DNA of 64,000 nt from an uncultured Lachnospiraceae bacterium (lineage in GTDB: Bacteria; Bacillota; Clostridia; Lachnospirales; Lachnospiraceae), in contig CAJUST010000011.1 of the NCBI GenBank assembly GCA_910589105.1, positions 1 through 64,000 on the forward strand, in the 5' to 3' direction. The notes under the pieces were generated by a model. The model was not told the DNA's origin. It ran no database searches and was given only the letters and a program-made list of their open reading frames with translations. Below, piece by piece: positions 27,422 through 37,000 of this stretch. The position numbers and the translations under genes are program-made. Numbering within the stretch: the stretch's first letter is position 1; each line of letters begins with the position of its first letter.

Positions 27422-28822
27422 GTGATGATTGAACGGGTAAGATCATATATGGAACAGCATCATATGGTGGAAAAAGGAGATCATATCTGTATAGGCGTGT
27501 CGGGCGGGGCGGATTCTGTCTGTTTGTTCCGGATATTAGAGGCGTTGCGCCGCCCAATGGGATTTACAGTATCGGCAGTGCATATTGAACATGGGATTCG
27601 CGGCCGGGAAAGCGTTTTGGATCAGGAATTTGTCCGCAGGCTTTCAGAAGCGTATGATGTGCCGTTTTCTGCCTATGCGTATCCGGTGGAGGAACTTTCA
27701 AAAGCGGAAGGGATTTCCGTGGAGGAGGCGGGAAGGAATGTCAGAAGAAAAGCGTATGCGCGGGAAATGGAGCGTTTTGGCGGACGGGCAAAGACGGCGC
27801 TTGCGCATCATGCCGATGACAATGCGGAAACGCTGTTGTTTCATTTGTGCCGCGGAAGCGGGATAGAAGGCTTAGCGGGAATATACCCTGCGCGGGGAAA
27901 CCTGATCCGTCCGCTCCTTTGCGTTGGCAGAAGGGACGTCGAAGCTTATCTGAAAGAAATCGGGCAGGCATACCGGACGGATGCGACAAATGCGGATACT
28001 GCATACAGCAGGAACCGTATAAGAAACTGTATTATGCCACAGCTTGCAAAAGTAAATAAAAAAGCGGCGGCGCATATCAACCATTTGGCAGAAGATGCAT
28101 TGGAGCTTTCTGCCTATCTGCAAAACGAGTCGCAAAAACTATTGGAAAAATATCGGGAAAAAACGAAAGAGGGGGAAACCAGCCTGACGCTTGCTGGATT
28201 TGATGCGTATCCGTCTGTCCTAAAAAAACAGGTCTTTTTGGAGCTTTTGGCGGAGCTTTCAGGGAGCAGGAAAGATTTGGCGAGGGAACACGCAAACGCG
28301 ATTTTGGATTTGTCTGTTGGCAGGACAGGCAGGCAGATTTCCCTGCCTTACGGGATTGTGGCGAAGAAGGCATATGGGACGCTCCTTTTTTACCAAAGGG
28401 CAAAAAAGCCAGAAGCGGAAGAAAAATTTGAAGCCGTTTCGCTTACGGAATTTCCGTTGGAACGAACCGTATCCGGCGGAAAAATATGCTGCCGTCTAAT
28501 GGAAAAAAATAAAAAAGATGTAAAATTTCCCAAAAATCTGTATACGAAATGGTTTGATTATGATAAGATTAAAATTGGTCTTTGTATACGGACTAGAGAG
28601 GCGGGCGACTATTTTACCATAGATGCCAAAGGGCATAGGCAGAAACTGGGAGATTATCTGGTCAATGAAAAAATGCCAAGGGAGGCGCGCGCGAAACTGC
28701 TGCTTTTAGCGGACGGCTCTCATATTCTATGGGCGATCGGCGGCCGCATGAGCGAACATTATAAAATAACGGAGCATACGAAGCGGATTTTAGAGGTACA
28801 GTATTTGGAGGAATGGACATGA
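27422..28822 (+). CDS. tilS: tRNA(Ile)-lysidine synthetase
   Basis: PP-loop motif ICIGVSGGADSVCLFRIL. Adjacent hpt and ftsH genes, as in the Bacillus operon. Confidence 0.9.
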   Translation: MMIERVRSYMEQHHMVEKGDHICIGVSGGADSVCLFRILEALRRPMGFTVSAVHIEHGIRGRESVLDQEFVRRLSEAYDVPFSAYAYPVEELSKAEGISVEEAGRNVRRKAYAREMERFGGRAKTALAHHADDNAETLLFHLCRGSGIEGLAGIYPARGNLIRPLLCVGRRDVEAYLKEIGQAYRTDATNADTAYSRNRIRNCIMPQLAKVNKKAAAHINHLAEDALELSAYLQNESQKLLEKYREKTKEGETSLTLAGFDAYPSVLKKQVFLELLAELSGSRKDLAREHANAILDLSVGRTGRQISLPYGIVAKKAYGTLLFYQRAKKPEAEEKFEAVSLTEFPLERTVSGGKICCRLMEKNKKDVKFPKNLYTKWFDYDKIKIGLCIRTREAGDYFTIDAKGHRQKLGDYLVNEKMPREARAKLLLLADGSHILWAIGGRMSEHYKITEHTKRILEVQYLEEWT

Positions 28823-29355
28823 GAGAGACAATCCATGTGTTATTATCGGAAGAAGAAGTCAATCAGAGAATTGCGCAGATGGCGGCGGAGATCAGCAAGG
28901 ATTTTGAAGGGCAGCAGACGCATCTGGTTTGTATTTTAAAAGGGAGCATATTTTTCACCTGTGAATTAGCGAAACGGCTGACAATTCCGGTTTCCATAGA
29001 TTTTATGTCAGTGTCGAGTTATGGAATGGATGCGAAATCCAGCGGAGTTGTAAAAGTAAACAAAGATTTAGATGAGGATATTGAAGGATTGAATGTGCTG
29101 GTAGTGGAAGACATTATAGATTCCGGCAGGACTTTGCATTATCTTTTGAGATATTTAAAGAGTAAGAATCCAAAGAGTTTGAAACTCTGCGCATTATTAG
29201 ATAAACCGGAACAGCGTGTAGCGGACGTGGCAGTGGATTATACGGGATTTTGCATACCGGATAAGTTTGTCGTGGGCTACGGGCTTGACTATGCGCAGCG
29301 CTACCGGAACCTGCCGTATATCGGCGTAATTGAATTTGATGAATGCAAGGAATGA
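28813..29355 (+). CDS. hpt: Hypoxanthine phosphoribosyltransferase
   Basis: PRPP-binding motif [14 protein letters not shown]. 180 aa. Confidence 0.9.
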   Translation: MDMRETIHVLLSEEEVNQRIAQMAAEISKDFEGQQTHLVCILKGSIFFTCELAKRLTIPVSIDFMSVSSYGMDAKSSGVVKVNKDLDEDIEGLNVLVVEDIIDSGRTLHYLLRYLKSKNPKSLKLCALLDKPEQRVADVAVDYTGFCIPDKFVVGYGLDYAQRYRNLPYIGVIEFDECKE

Positions 29356-29371
29356 AAAAGGAGGTTTCCAG

Positions 29372-31183
29372 TTGAAAAAGCGTAGTTACAGGGGGCTTGG
29401 GTTTTATGCCATGCTTGTCTTTGTTGTGATTCTGGTCTGGCTGATGTTAGATGCAAGGCAGGATGCGGCGCATTCCTACAGCATGAAGTCATTAGAGACT
29501 GCTTTGGAAAATGAATCCGTCGTATTTATAGAGATTGAGCAGAACAGGGAGATCCCGACAGGAACGTTAAGTATCAGGCTGTCAGGAAATGAAATGCGGG
29601 AATTGTATGTTTCCGATGTAAATGAGATACAGGAATTGCTTGCGAAGTATCAATTTAAGAATTATTATGTTTCGGACGTGCCGCCGGAGAGCTGGATTTT
29701 GAATTTGCTTCCGCTTTTAATTGTGCTTGCCGCAATGTTTATTCTGTTTGTCATTATGACAAATCAGGCGGCGGCAGGCGGCGGCGGAAACAAAATGATG
29801 AACTTTGGCAAAAGCCGCGCGAAGATGTCGACAAGTGAGAATACCATGAATTTCGAAAGCGTGGCGGGTCTTAGAGAGGAAAAAGAGGAGCTGGAGGAAT
29901 TGGCGGATTTTTTAAAGGCTCCAAGGAAATATATCCGTCTTGGGGCGAGGATTCCAAAGGGGATTCTTCTGGTGGGACCGCCCGGAACAGGGAAAACGCT
30001 TTTAGCGAAAGCAGTTGCAGGGGAAGCGGGAGTGCCGTTTTTTAGCATTTCCGGTTCCGATTTTGTGGAGATGTTTGTCGGGGTCGGCGCTTCGCGCGTA
30101 AGGGATTTATTTGAAGAAGCGAAGAAAAATTCCCCATGTATTGTATTTATAGATGAAATCGATGCAGTGGCCAGACGCAGGGGAACCGGAATGGGCGGCG
30201 GCCATGACGAAAGGGAGCAGACTTTAAACCAGATGCTTGTGGAGATGGACGGTTTTGGCGTAAACGATGGGATTATCGTTATGGCGGCGACGAACCGGGT
30301 GGATATTTTAGATCCGGCGATTATGCGTCCGGGACGGTTTGACCGTAAAATTCATGTGGGGCGGCCGGATATTGGCGGCAGAGAAGAAATTTTAAAAGTC
30401 CATGCGCAGAACAAGCCGTTAGGAGATGACGTGGATTTGCATCAGATTGCCCAGACGACGGCAGGTTTTACAGGGGCGGATTTGGAAAACCTGTTAAACG
30501 AAGCGGCAATCCATGCGGCAAAAAAAGACCGCGCATACATTATTCAGAGCGATATCCGCAGTTCTTTTGTAAAAGTAGGCATTGGAGCGGAGAAAAAAAG
30601 CCGGATTATCAGTGAAAAAGAAAAGAGGATTACGGCATTCCATGAAGCGGGCCATGCCATTTTATTCCATGTGCTCCCAGATGTGGGACCGGTGGATTCT
30701 GTTTCCATTATACCAACCGGAGCGGGGGCGGCAGGCTATACGATGCCAGTTTCCGAGCATGACGAGATGTTCCATACGAGAGGGCGTATGCTTCAGGAAA
30801 TTGTCGTGGATTTAGGCGGACGCGTTGCGGAAGAATTGATTTTAGACGACATTACCACGGGGGCTTCGCAGGACATCAAACAGGCGACGCAGCTTGCAAA
30901 AGCGATGGTGACGAAGTATGGCATGTCGGAAAATGTCGGTTTAATTAATTATGACAATGAAGATGATCAGGTGTTTATCGGCAGGGATTTGGCCCATGCG
31001 AGAGGATATGGCGAAAGCGTGGCGACAAGAATCGATGCGGAGGTAAAACGGATTATAGATGAATGCTATGCAAAAGCGAGGAAGATTATAAAAGAACATG
31101 AAGATATTTTGAATCGGTGCGCAGGGCTTTTATTAGAGAAGGAAAAGATAAACCGGGAAGAGTTTGAAGCTCTTTTTGAGTAA
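29372..31183 (+). CDS. ftsH: ATP-dependent zinc metalloprotease FtsH
   Basis: Probable TTG start at 29372 with a strong RBS aaaggagg and 7-nt spacing. The ORF-track start at 29330 would overlap hpt. Walker A is GPPGTGKT. The SRH region is present. The HEAGH zinc motif is present. Confidence 0.9.
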   Translation: MKKRSYRGLGFYAMLVFVVILVWLMLDARQDAAHSYSMKSLETALENESVVFIEIEQNREIPTGTLSIRLSGNEMRELYVSDVNEIQELLAKYQFKNYYVSDVPPESWILNLLPLLIVLAAMFILFVIMTNQAAAGGGGNKMMNFGKSRAKMSTSENTMNFESVAGLREEKEELEELADFLKAPRKYIRLGARIPKGILLVGPPGTGKTLLAKAVAGEAGVPFFSISGSDFVEMFVGVGASRVRDLFEEAKKNSPCIVFIDEIDAVARRRGTGMGGGHDEREQTLNQMLVEMDGFGVNDGIIVMAATNRVDILDPAIMRPGRFDRKIHVGRPDIGGREEILKVHAQNKPLGDDVDLHQIAQTTAGFTGADLENLLNEAAIHAAKKDRAYIIQSDIRSSFVKVGIGAEKKSRIISEKEKRITAFHEAGHAILFHVLPDVGPVDSVSIIPTGAGAAGYTMPVSEHDEMFHTRGRMLQEIVVDLGGRVAEELILDDITTGASQDIKQATQLAKAMVTKYGMSENVGLINYDNEDDQVFIGRDLAHARGYGESVATRIDAEVKRIIDECYAKARKIIKEHEDILNRCAGLLLEKEKINREEFEALFE

Positions 31184-31443
31184 GAAAGTACAACTATCGT
31201 GTAGTTTGCACAAAAACAGGGGCGCATTTTTGTGAAGTTTGTGCACACTTCTAAGTGATGTGGTGGTATTATAATACCTGTAAGACCCCCAATCTTATAT
31301 GATTTTTGCTACACCCCATAGTAAAAATACCTTCTCTTAAAAAAGACAGCAAAAAGACAGCTGTCTTTTTTATATGTGTGGAAAGGCGTAGGGGCGCGGG
31401 CGATTCCCCTACTTGAATGTGAAAAAGCGGGAGGAAGGAAGTT

Positions 31444-33552
31444 ATGAGATATAAATCTGTAGATGAGATCAATAGAACGCAGCAGTATATTATGAGGATG
31501 CGCCCGATTTTACAGAAGGAAGCTTTATTTTCCGATGGGACAAAGGATTACCGGATTCCGCCGGAGCCAAAGGCGTATGAGACGGTTACTATTCGGTTCC
31601 GCGCGGCGAAAAATAATGTGGATATGGTCTGGGTCTGCACGCCATTGGAACATTATCCTATGCGGGTGACAAAAAGCGATGAGACATACGATTATTATTC
31701 CGTAGAGATTGCGCTGGCAGAAGAAGCGTTTTCCTATTATTTTGAGATTATGTCGGGATTTTTGCGATGCAGGTATGACCGGTATGGCGTGACGCAGGAA
31801 ATCAGGCAGCAGTATTTTTTCCGGATTGTTCCGGGATTTTCTACGCCGGATTGGGCGAAAGGCGCGGTCATGTATCAAATTATGGTGGATCGTTTCTACA
31901 ATGGCGATGAGTCAAATGACGTGCTGGACAATGAATATTTTTATATTCGGACGCTTTCCAAACGGGTTCCCCCAAATCAATGGGAGAAATGTCCGGAAAA
32001 TTTCAGCGTGGGGGAGTTTTACGGCGGTGATTTAGAAGGCGTGCGTAAAAAACTTGATTACCTTGCGTCTCTTGGCGTGGAAGTTCTGTATTTCAATCCG
32101 ATATTTGTGTCTCCTTCCAACCATAAATATGATATTCAGGATTATGACCATATCGACCCGCATTTTGGTGTGATTGTGGAAGATGAGGGAGAGCTTCTTT
32201 CGGACTATGAACATGACAACCGGAAAGCGACGCGTTATTGCTGCCGCGTGGCGAATCAGAAAAACTTAGAAGCAAGCAATAAATTTTTTGCAAAGTTTGT
32301 AAAAGAAGCGCATGAACGCGGCATGAAAATTATTCTGGACGGCGTGTTTAACCATTGCGGCTCGTTTAACTGCTGGATGGACAGAGAAAAGATTTATGCG
32401 GGCCAGACAGGTTTTGAGGTGGGCGCGTATTTATCGAAGGAAAGCCCATACCGCAGTTACTTTGGGTTTAAGGATCAGGAAGACAGCGCGTGGCCGGATA
32501 ATAAAAACTATGAAGGATGGTGGGGGCATGACACGCTTCCGAAGTTAAACTTTGAGGGTTCGAAAGAGCTGTATGACGACATTTTGCGCATTGGCAAAAA
32601 ATGGGTGTCAGAGCCATATTGCGTAGACGGATGGCGGCTGGACGTAGCGGAGGATTTAGGGCACAGTAAAGAATTTAACCACCAGTTCTGGAGGGACTTT
32701 AGGAAAGCGGTAAAAGAAGCGAACCCAAATGCCATAATCTTGGCGGAACACTATGGAGACCCGAAAGACTGGCTGATGGGCGATCAGTGGGATACAATTA
32801 TGAACTATTCCGCTTTTATGGAGCCTTTGACATGGTTTTTAACCGGAATGGAGAAGCATAGCGACGAATACCACCCAGAACGCATTGGCAAAATCAGTGA
32901 TTTTGAAGGCGCGATGCGCCATTATATGGCAAGTTTTCTGACGCCTTCCCTGCTTTGTTCCATGAACCAGTTGTCAAACCATGACCATTCGCGGTTTTTG
33001 ACGAGGACAAACCATAAGGCGGGACGTGTGGAATATTTAGGCGCGGGGGCGGCAAGCGAGGGCATAGAGTACAGCGCGATGCGGGAAGCGGTTGTGATGC
33101 AGATGACATGGCCGGGCGCGCCGACGCTTTATTATGGAGATGAAGCCGGATTATGTGGATTTACGGATCCAGACAACCGCAGGACATATCCGTGGGGGAA
33201 TGAAAATCAGGATTTAATTGATTTGCATCGGGAATTAATCCGTATCCATAAAAATAACGAGGCATTGCGGACAGGCTCTTTTCAATTCTTAAATAGTGAA
33301 GACAAACTTTTATGTTATGCGAGATTTACGATTGACCAGCAGTTTGTGATTCTGATTAACCATGATGACAGGGAAAGGGACTTAGAGGTTTTCACGGTAA
33401 AAGCTGGGATTCCAAGAACGGCAACGCTGTGTCAGGTTTTTGTGACTACGGAAAACGGATATTCCCTGATGCCGATCCGGCATCGTGTGGAAAAAGGCAG
33501 ACTTTCGATTACAATGCAAAAAAAATCAGCGGTGATTTTAGAAAGAATATAG
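31444..33552 (+). CDS. Glycoside hydrolase family 13 (alpha-amylase superfamily; neopullulanase/cyclomaltodextrinase-like)
   Basis: GH13 conserved regions are present: DGVFNHCG (region I), GWRLDVAED (region II, catalytic Asp), ILAEHY (region III, Glu) and NHDHSR (region IV). RBS gggaggaagg. Confidence 0.75.
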   Translation: MRYKSVDEINRTQQYIMRMRPILQKEALFSDGTKDYRIPPEPKAYETVTIRFRAAKNNVDMVWVCTPLEHYPMRVTKSDETYDYYSVEIALAEEAFSYYFEIMSGFLRCRYDRYGVTQEIRQQYFFRIVPGFSTPDWAKGAVMYQIMVDRFYNGDESNDVLDNEYFYIRTLSKRVPPNQWEKCPENFSVGEFYGGDLEGVRKKLDYLASLGVEVLYFNPIFVSPSNHKYDIQDYDHIDPHFGVIVEDEGELLSDYEHDNRKATRYCCRVANQKNLEASNKFFAKFVKEAHERGMKIILDGVFNHCGSFNCWMDREKIYAGQTGFEVGAYLSKESPYRSYFGFKDQEDSAWPDNKNYEGWWGHDTLPKLNFEGSKELYDDILRIGKKWVSEPYCVDGWRLDVAEDLGHSKEFNHQFWRDFRKAVKEANPNAIILAEHYGDPKDWLMGDQWDTIMNYSAFMEPLTWFLTGMEKHSDEYHPERIGKISDFEGAMRHYMASFLTPSLLCSMNQLSNHDHSRFLTRTNHKAGRVEYLGAGAASEGIEYSAMREAVVMQMTWPGAPTLYYGDEAGLCGFTDPDNRRTYPWGNENQDLIDLHRELIRIHKNNEALRTGSFQFLNSEDKLLCYARFTIDQQFVILINHDDRERDLEVFTVKAGIPRTATLCQVFVTTENGYSLMPIRHRVEKGRLSITMQKKSAVILERI

Positions 33553-33636
33553 GCGGACGGTCTTTTCCGTCAGCATTGGTTAGACGCGTGAATGGAAGAT
33601 GAAAAAGGATTGTGGCATGTTTATAAAAAAAAGCGC

Positions 33637-33665
33637 TTGAAAAAGAAAAGCGTTTGTGATATAAT
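33637..33665 (+). promoter_or_regulatory. Sigma-A promoter TTGAAA-17-TGaTATAAT for the tRNA pair
   Basis: Consensus-like -35 and an extended -10. It ends about 36 nt upstream of tRNA-Tyr. Confidence 0.5.
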
Positions 33666-33701
33666 AAATAAATGGTAGGGCATTTTTGGATGCTTTTCTA
33701 T

Positions 33702-33783
33702 GGGCAGATTCCCGAGTGGCCAAAGGGGACAGACTGTAAATCTGCTGCAAATTGCTTCGGTGGTTCGAATCCACCTCTGCCCA
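33702..33783 (+). tRNA. tRNA-Tyr (anticodon GTA), class II with long variable arm
   Basis: Acceptor stem GGGCAGA/TCTGCCC. Anticodon loop CTGTAAA. T-arm GGTTCGAATCC. No CCA is encoded. Confidence 0.8.
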
Positions 33784-33815
33784 TTTGAGATTTTTATTGT
33801 ATCATTGTTTGATTT

Positions 33816-33899
33816 GCCCGCGTGGCGGAACTGGCAGACGCGCAGGACTTAAAATCCTGTTGTAGCGATACAGTACCGGTTCGATTCCGGTCGCGGGCA
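33816..33899 (+). tRNA. tRNA-Leu (anticodon TAA), class II
   Basis: Acceptor stem GCCCGCG/CGCGGGC. Anticodon loop CTTAAAA. Long variable arm. T-arm GGTTCGATTCC. Confidence 0.8.
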
Positions 33900-33911
33900 T
33901 TTTATATTTAG

Positions 33912-33945
33912 AAAGCGGCGTTTTTACGCCGCTTTTTTTGTTTTA
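33912..33945 (+). terminator. Rho-independent terminator after the tRNA pair
   Basis: Stem gcggcgt / acgccgc, loop tttt, then TTTTTTTGTTTT. Confidence 0.65.
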
Positions 33946-34043
33946 AATTAATACAATTTTAGAAAAATGTTTTTTTCTTTGGAAGATTATGTTAAAATAT
34001 ATGACGCAAAATATGAAATATATTGTAGAGAAAGGAAAGAGAC

Positions 34044-37000
34044 ATGAAAAGAATGGTGGCAATGCTGCTTGCCGGATGTCTGGCATTTCAGACATGGATA
34101 GGCAATGCAAAACCGGTGTTTGGGGCGCAGACTGCATCTGGGTCAGTGGATTTTGGCGAAGCGCAGGCTGCATCTGAGTCAGTGGATTCAGGCAAAGCGC
34201 AGAGCGTTCTGGAAGTAGGGGTGCGTTCTTCCGCTCAATTCCCATTTCAGGGTGACGTAACCGTACAAATCGGACGTGGCAGCGAAGTAGTGGAATCAAA
34301 GGATTTAAAATTTGAGGGTTCTAAGGCTTCCTTTGCAGCGGCAAGGTTTGAAGTGTCAGAAGGGGATTACACAGTTACTGTGAAGTCAGTCCAATTTGCG
34401 GACTATACGCAGGATGTGAAAGCGCAAAATGGCTGGAAAACCAAGATTTTAATTTCTCCATCAAGAATTGAGACGGGCAATGAAGCGGCTCCGGGCTGGA
34501 TTCGGGTCGGCGACGTCAATCAAGATGGAGTAATTGACCAAACGGACATTGACGGCATGATGTCGAAAATCCGTGAAGGCTCTATGGAAGCTGCCTTTGA
34601 TCTCAATCAAGATGGGAAAGTGGATATGGCAGATTTGCAGTATATTGTGCAAAGCATAGATGAACATAGGGAGTCCACAGTGGAGAAGCTTGGCATAGTC
34701 CAAACGATCCAACAGGCTGAGGGCGCGACTATGGAAGGAAACGTCAACGACTTTTTAAATGGAACAGGCGCGCTGAAATTAAAGCCTGAAAATGCAAATG
34801 CGCAGATTTCAGCGGAAAATCCTGTTGGGATCAACTTTACATTAGTGGAAGATACAAAAAAAGCGGTAGAGATTCAAGGAATTGTCGTTCATGCTCCGGT
34901 AACAGATGAACAGGGCGTCATTTCCAATGAAATAACGGAAGGGGAAGTGATTTATACAGACGCGGAAGGAAAAGAAACGTCGGTTCCGTTTTCTGCCGCG
35001 GCAAAGCCAAAGCAAAAGAAGAACAGGGCGCTATTTGCTGCAAATGCGTCAAACCGCGCGGCGTCTATTTCGGCAGACGTCGAGGCTGACGGTTCGCTGG
35101 TGTTAGATTTTGGAGGGCAGATTGCAGTAAAGCGGGTAACGATAAAAATTACCGGCACCAAAAAGACAGAGCCTTTGGTGAATATTGCAAAGGTTGATTT
35201 TGTCAACGATATGGAAAATAGGATACCGGCGCCGCAGATGGACATTCCGACGCTTGGAGTTCCACAATCCGTAGATAAAGGATTGATTGTATCTTGGAAC
35301 CCGCAGAAAAATGTGACGGGGTATGAGGTATATATTTCAGGTCCTGTGAAAAACCAAGAAGAACACGAAACACAGATTGTGCGCGTGTCAAATATTACGC
35401 ATACAATATCATCTATCAATGACAAACCGCTTTTAAACTTTGAAAAATATAAAATAAAAGCGCGTTCTGTCAATGGAGACTGGAGCAGTCCATGGTCAAA
35501 TGAAGTAATCGGAGAGCCGAAGCCGACGAAACTTCCGGCGGCGCCTGATAATGTATCTGCGACAGGCGGGTACCGGACGATAGAAGTGTCATGGAAAGAC
35601 ATGGACGACGCAAACGGATACATGGTTTATTATAAAAAGACAAAAGATGCGGATACAGAGTACCGTCCGGTGATCGAAGGATTTACACAGGTAAAAGAAG
35701 GGACCGGAAAAATAAACGCAACGCATTATGTCATTGCAGGCTTAGAGGACGAAGTGGAATATTCCGTCTATGTCGTAGGCTGGAATGACCTTGGCTGGGG
35801 CAGCCCGTCACTGTCAGCATCCGCGCTTACGAAGTTAAATGTCCCGCCACAGCTTCCGAATTATAAACTGTTGAATACTTCAAATGGAGAAGGGGCAGTC
35901 AGCGCCCATATCACAGCAGCGTCATATGGCGGGCATGGCGGCGCAAAGATGGTAGGCAGCGCGTTAGATACAGCGGAAAAAAGCGCGCTTGGCTTAGTGG
36001 ATAATAACTTTGGATCTTATTGGGAAAAAACAGACTGGGACGATGGCGTGGCTTATCCGGCAGACAATAAGGGATTTACAGTGACGCTGGATCAAGATTA
36101 CAAGATGAATTTTATCACATTTGCATCCGCGGACGAAAAAGCAGCGCTTCAATATGCGCGGATTGGGTATTGGAATACAGCGTCTACAGGAAAACAGAAC
36201 GTGGGCGCGCGTCTGTATAGAAAACTTGACTCAAGGAACAATCCATACTATATTATTAAGCTTGATCAGGCAATCACTGCAAATAAAGTAAATATTTGTC
36301 TGGGACGTGACAGTGTTAGGGCATCTATGATGGTAGGTGAAATCCATTTCCATTATTATGATTCGCTGGAAGATGACATTATGGGCTTATATACAGACGA
36401 AATGCACGCTACACTGCGGGCAGACGTAACGGAAAGCGTCATTCAGGCATTAGAAGCCCGTTTAGAGCTTGTAGACGAGGCAAGCGGTGAAAAACATCCG
36501 CTTTACAATGAACTGACTTTAGAATTAAAGACAGCAAGAGAGATTTTAAATTCAAATCTGGCTTGCGCTTATGAAGTGGAAAACCAGATTACGGGAAGCA
36601 AAGATGGGCATCTTGGATTTGGCGGTTTAAATTCATGGCAGCCGGTTGGGAAAACAGTATATGCCGGTGAAAGTCTGCTTGTTTATGTCGGGCATAATAC
36701 AAAGAGAACCGGAGATAAAGCAAGCCTGCAACTTGTGTTTACGCAACAGCACGCAGAAGCGGCAACGCTTTCAAAAGCAGTCAGCTTAAAAGTGGGAAGA
36801 AATGAAATTACAGTTCCCCAGATTGTCAGCAAAGAATTTGAACGCGGCGGACAGTTATATGTAGCATATACTGGAAACAATGCAAACGATAAGTATGCAG
36901 TCCGTATAAGCGGCGGAAGCGATATTCCGGTCTTAAGCGTGTATGGAAAAACACAAGAACAACGCATGGCGGCGATTTCCGCTTATGTAAAAGAGCTTGA

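Noticed and set aside
31389-31435. Possible CcpA cre site (tgaatgtgaaaaagcggg) upstream of the GH13 gene
   Set aside because: The central CG of the cre consensus WTGNAANCGNWNNCW cannot be aligned. Only a partial resemblance exists.
33553-33700. Possible additional tRNA or ncRNA upstream of tRNA-Tyr
   Set aside because: Only a promoter-like TTGAAA-17-TATAAT is found. There is no cloverleaf-compatible sequence.
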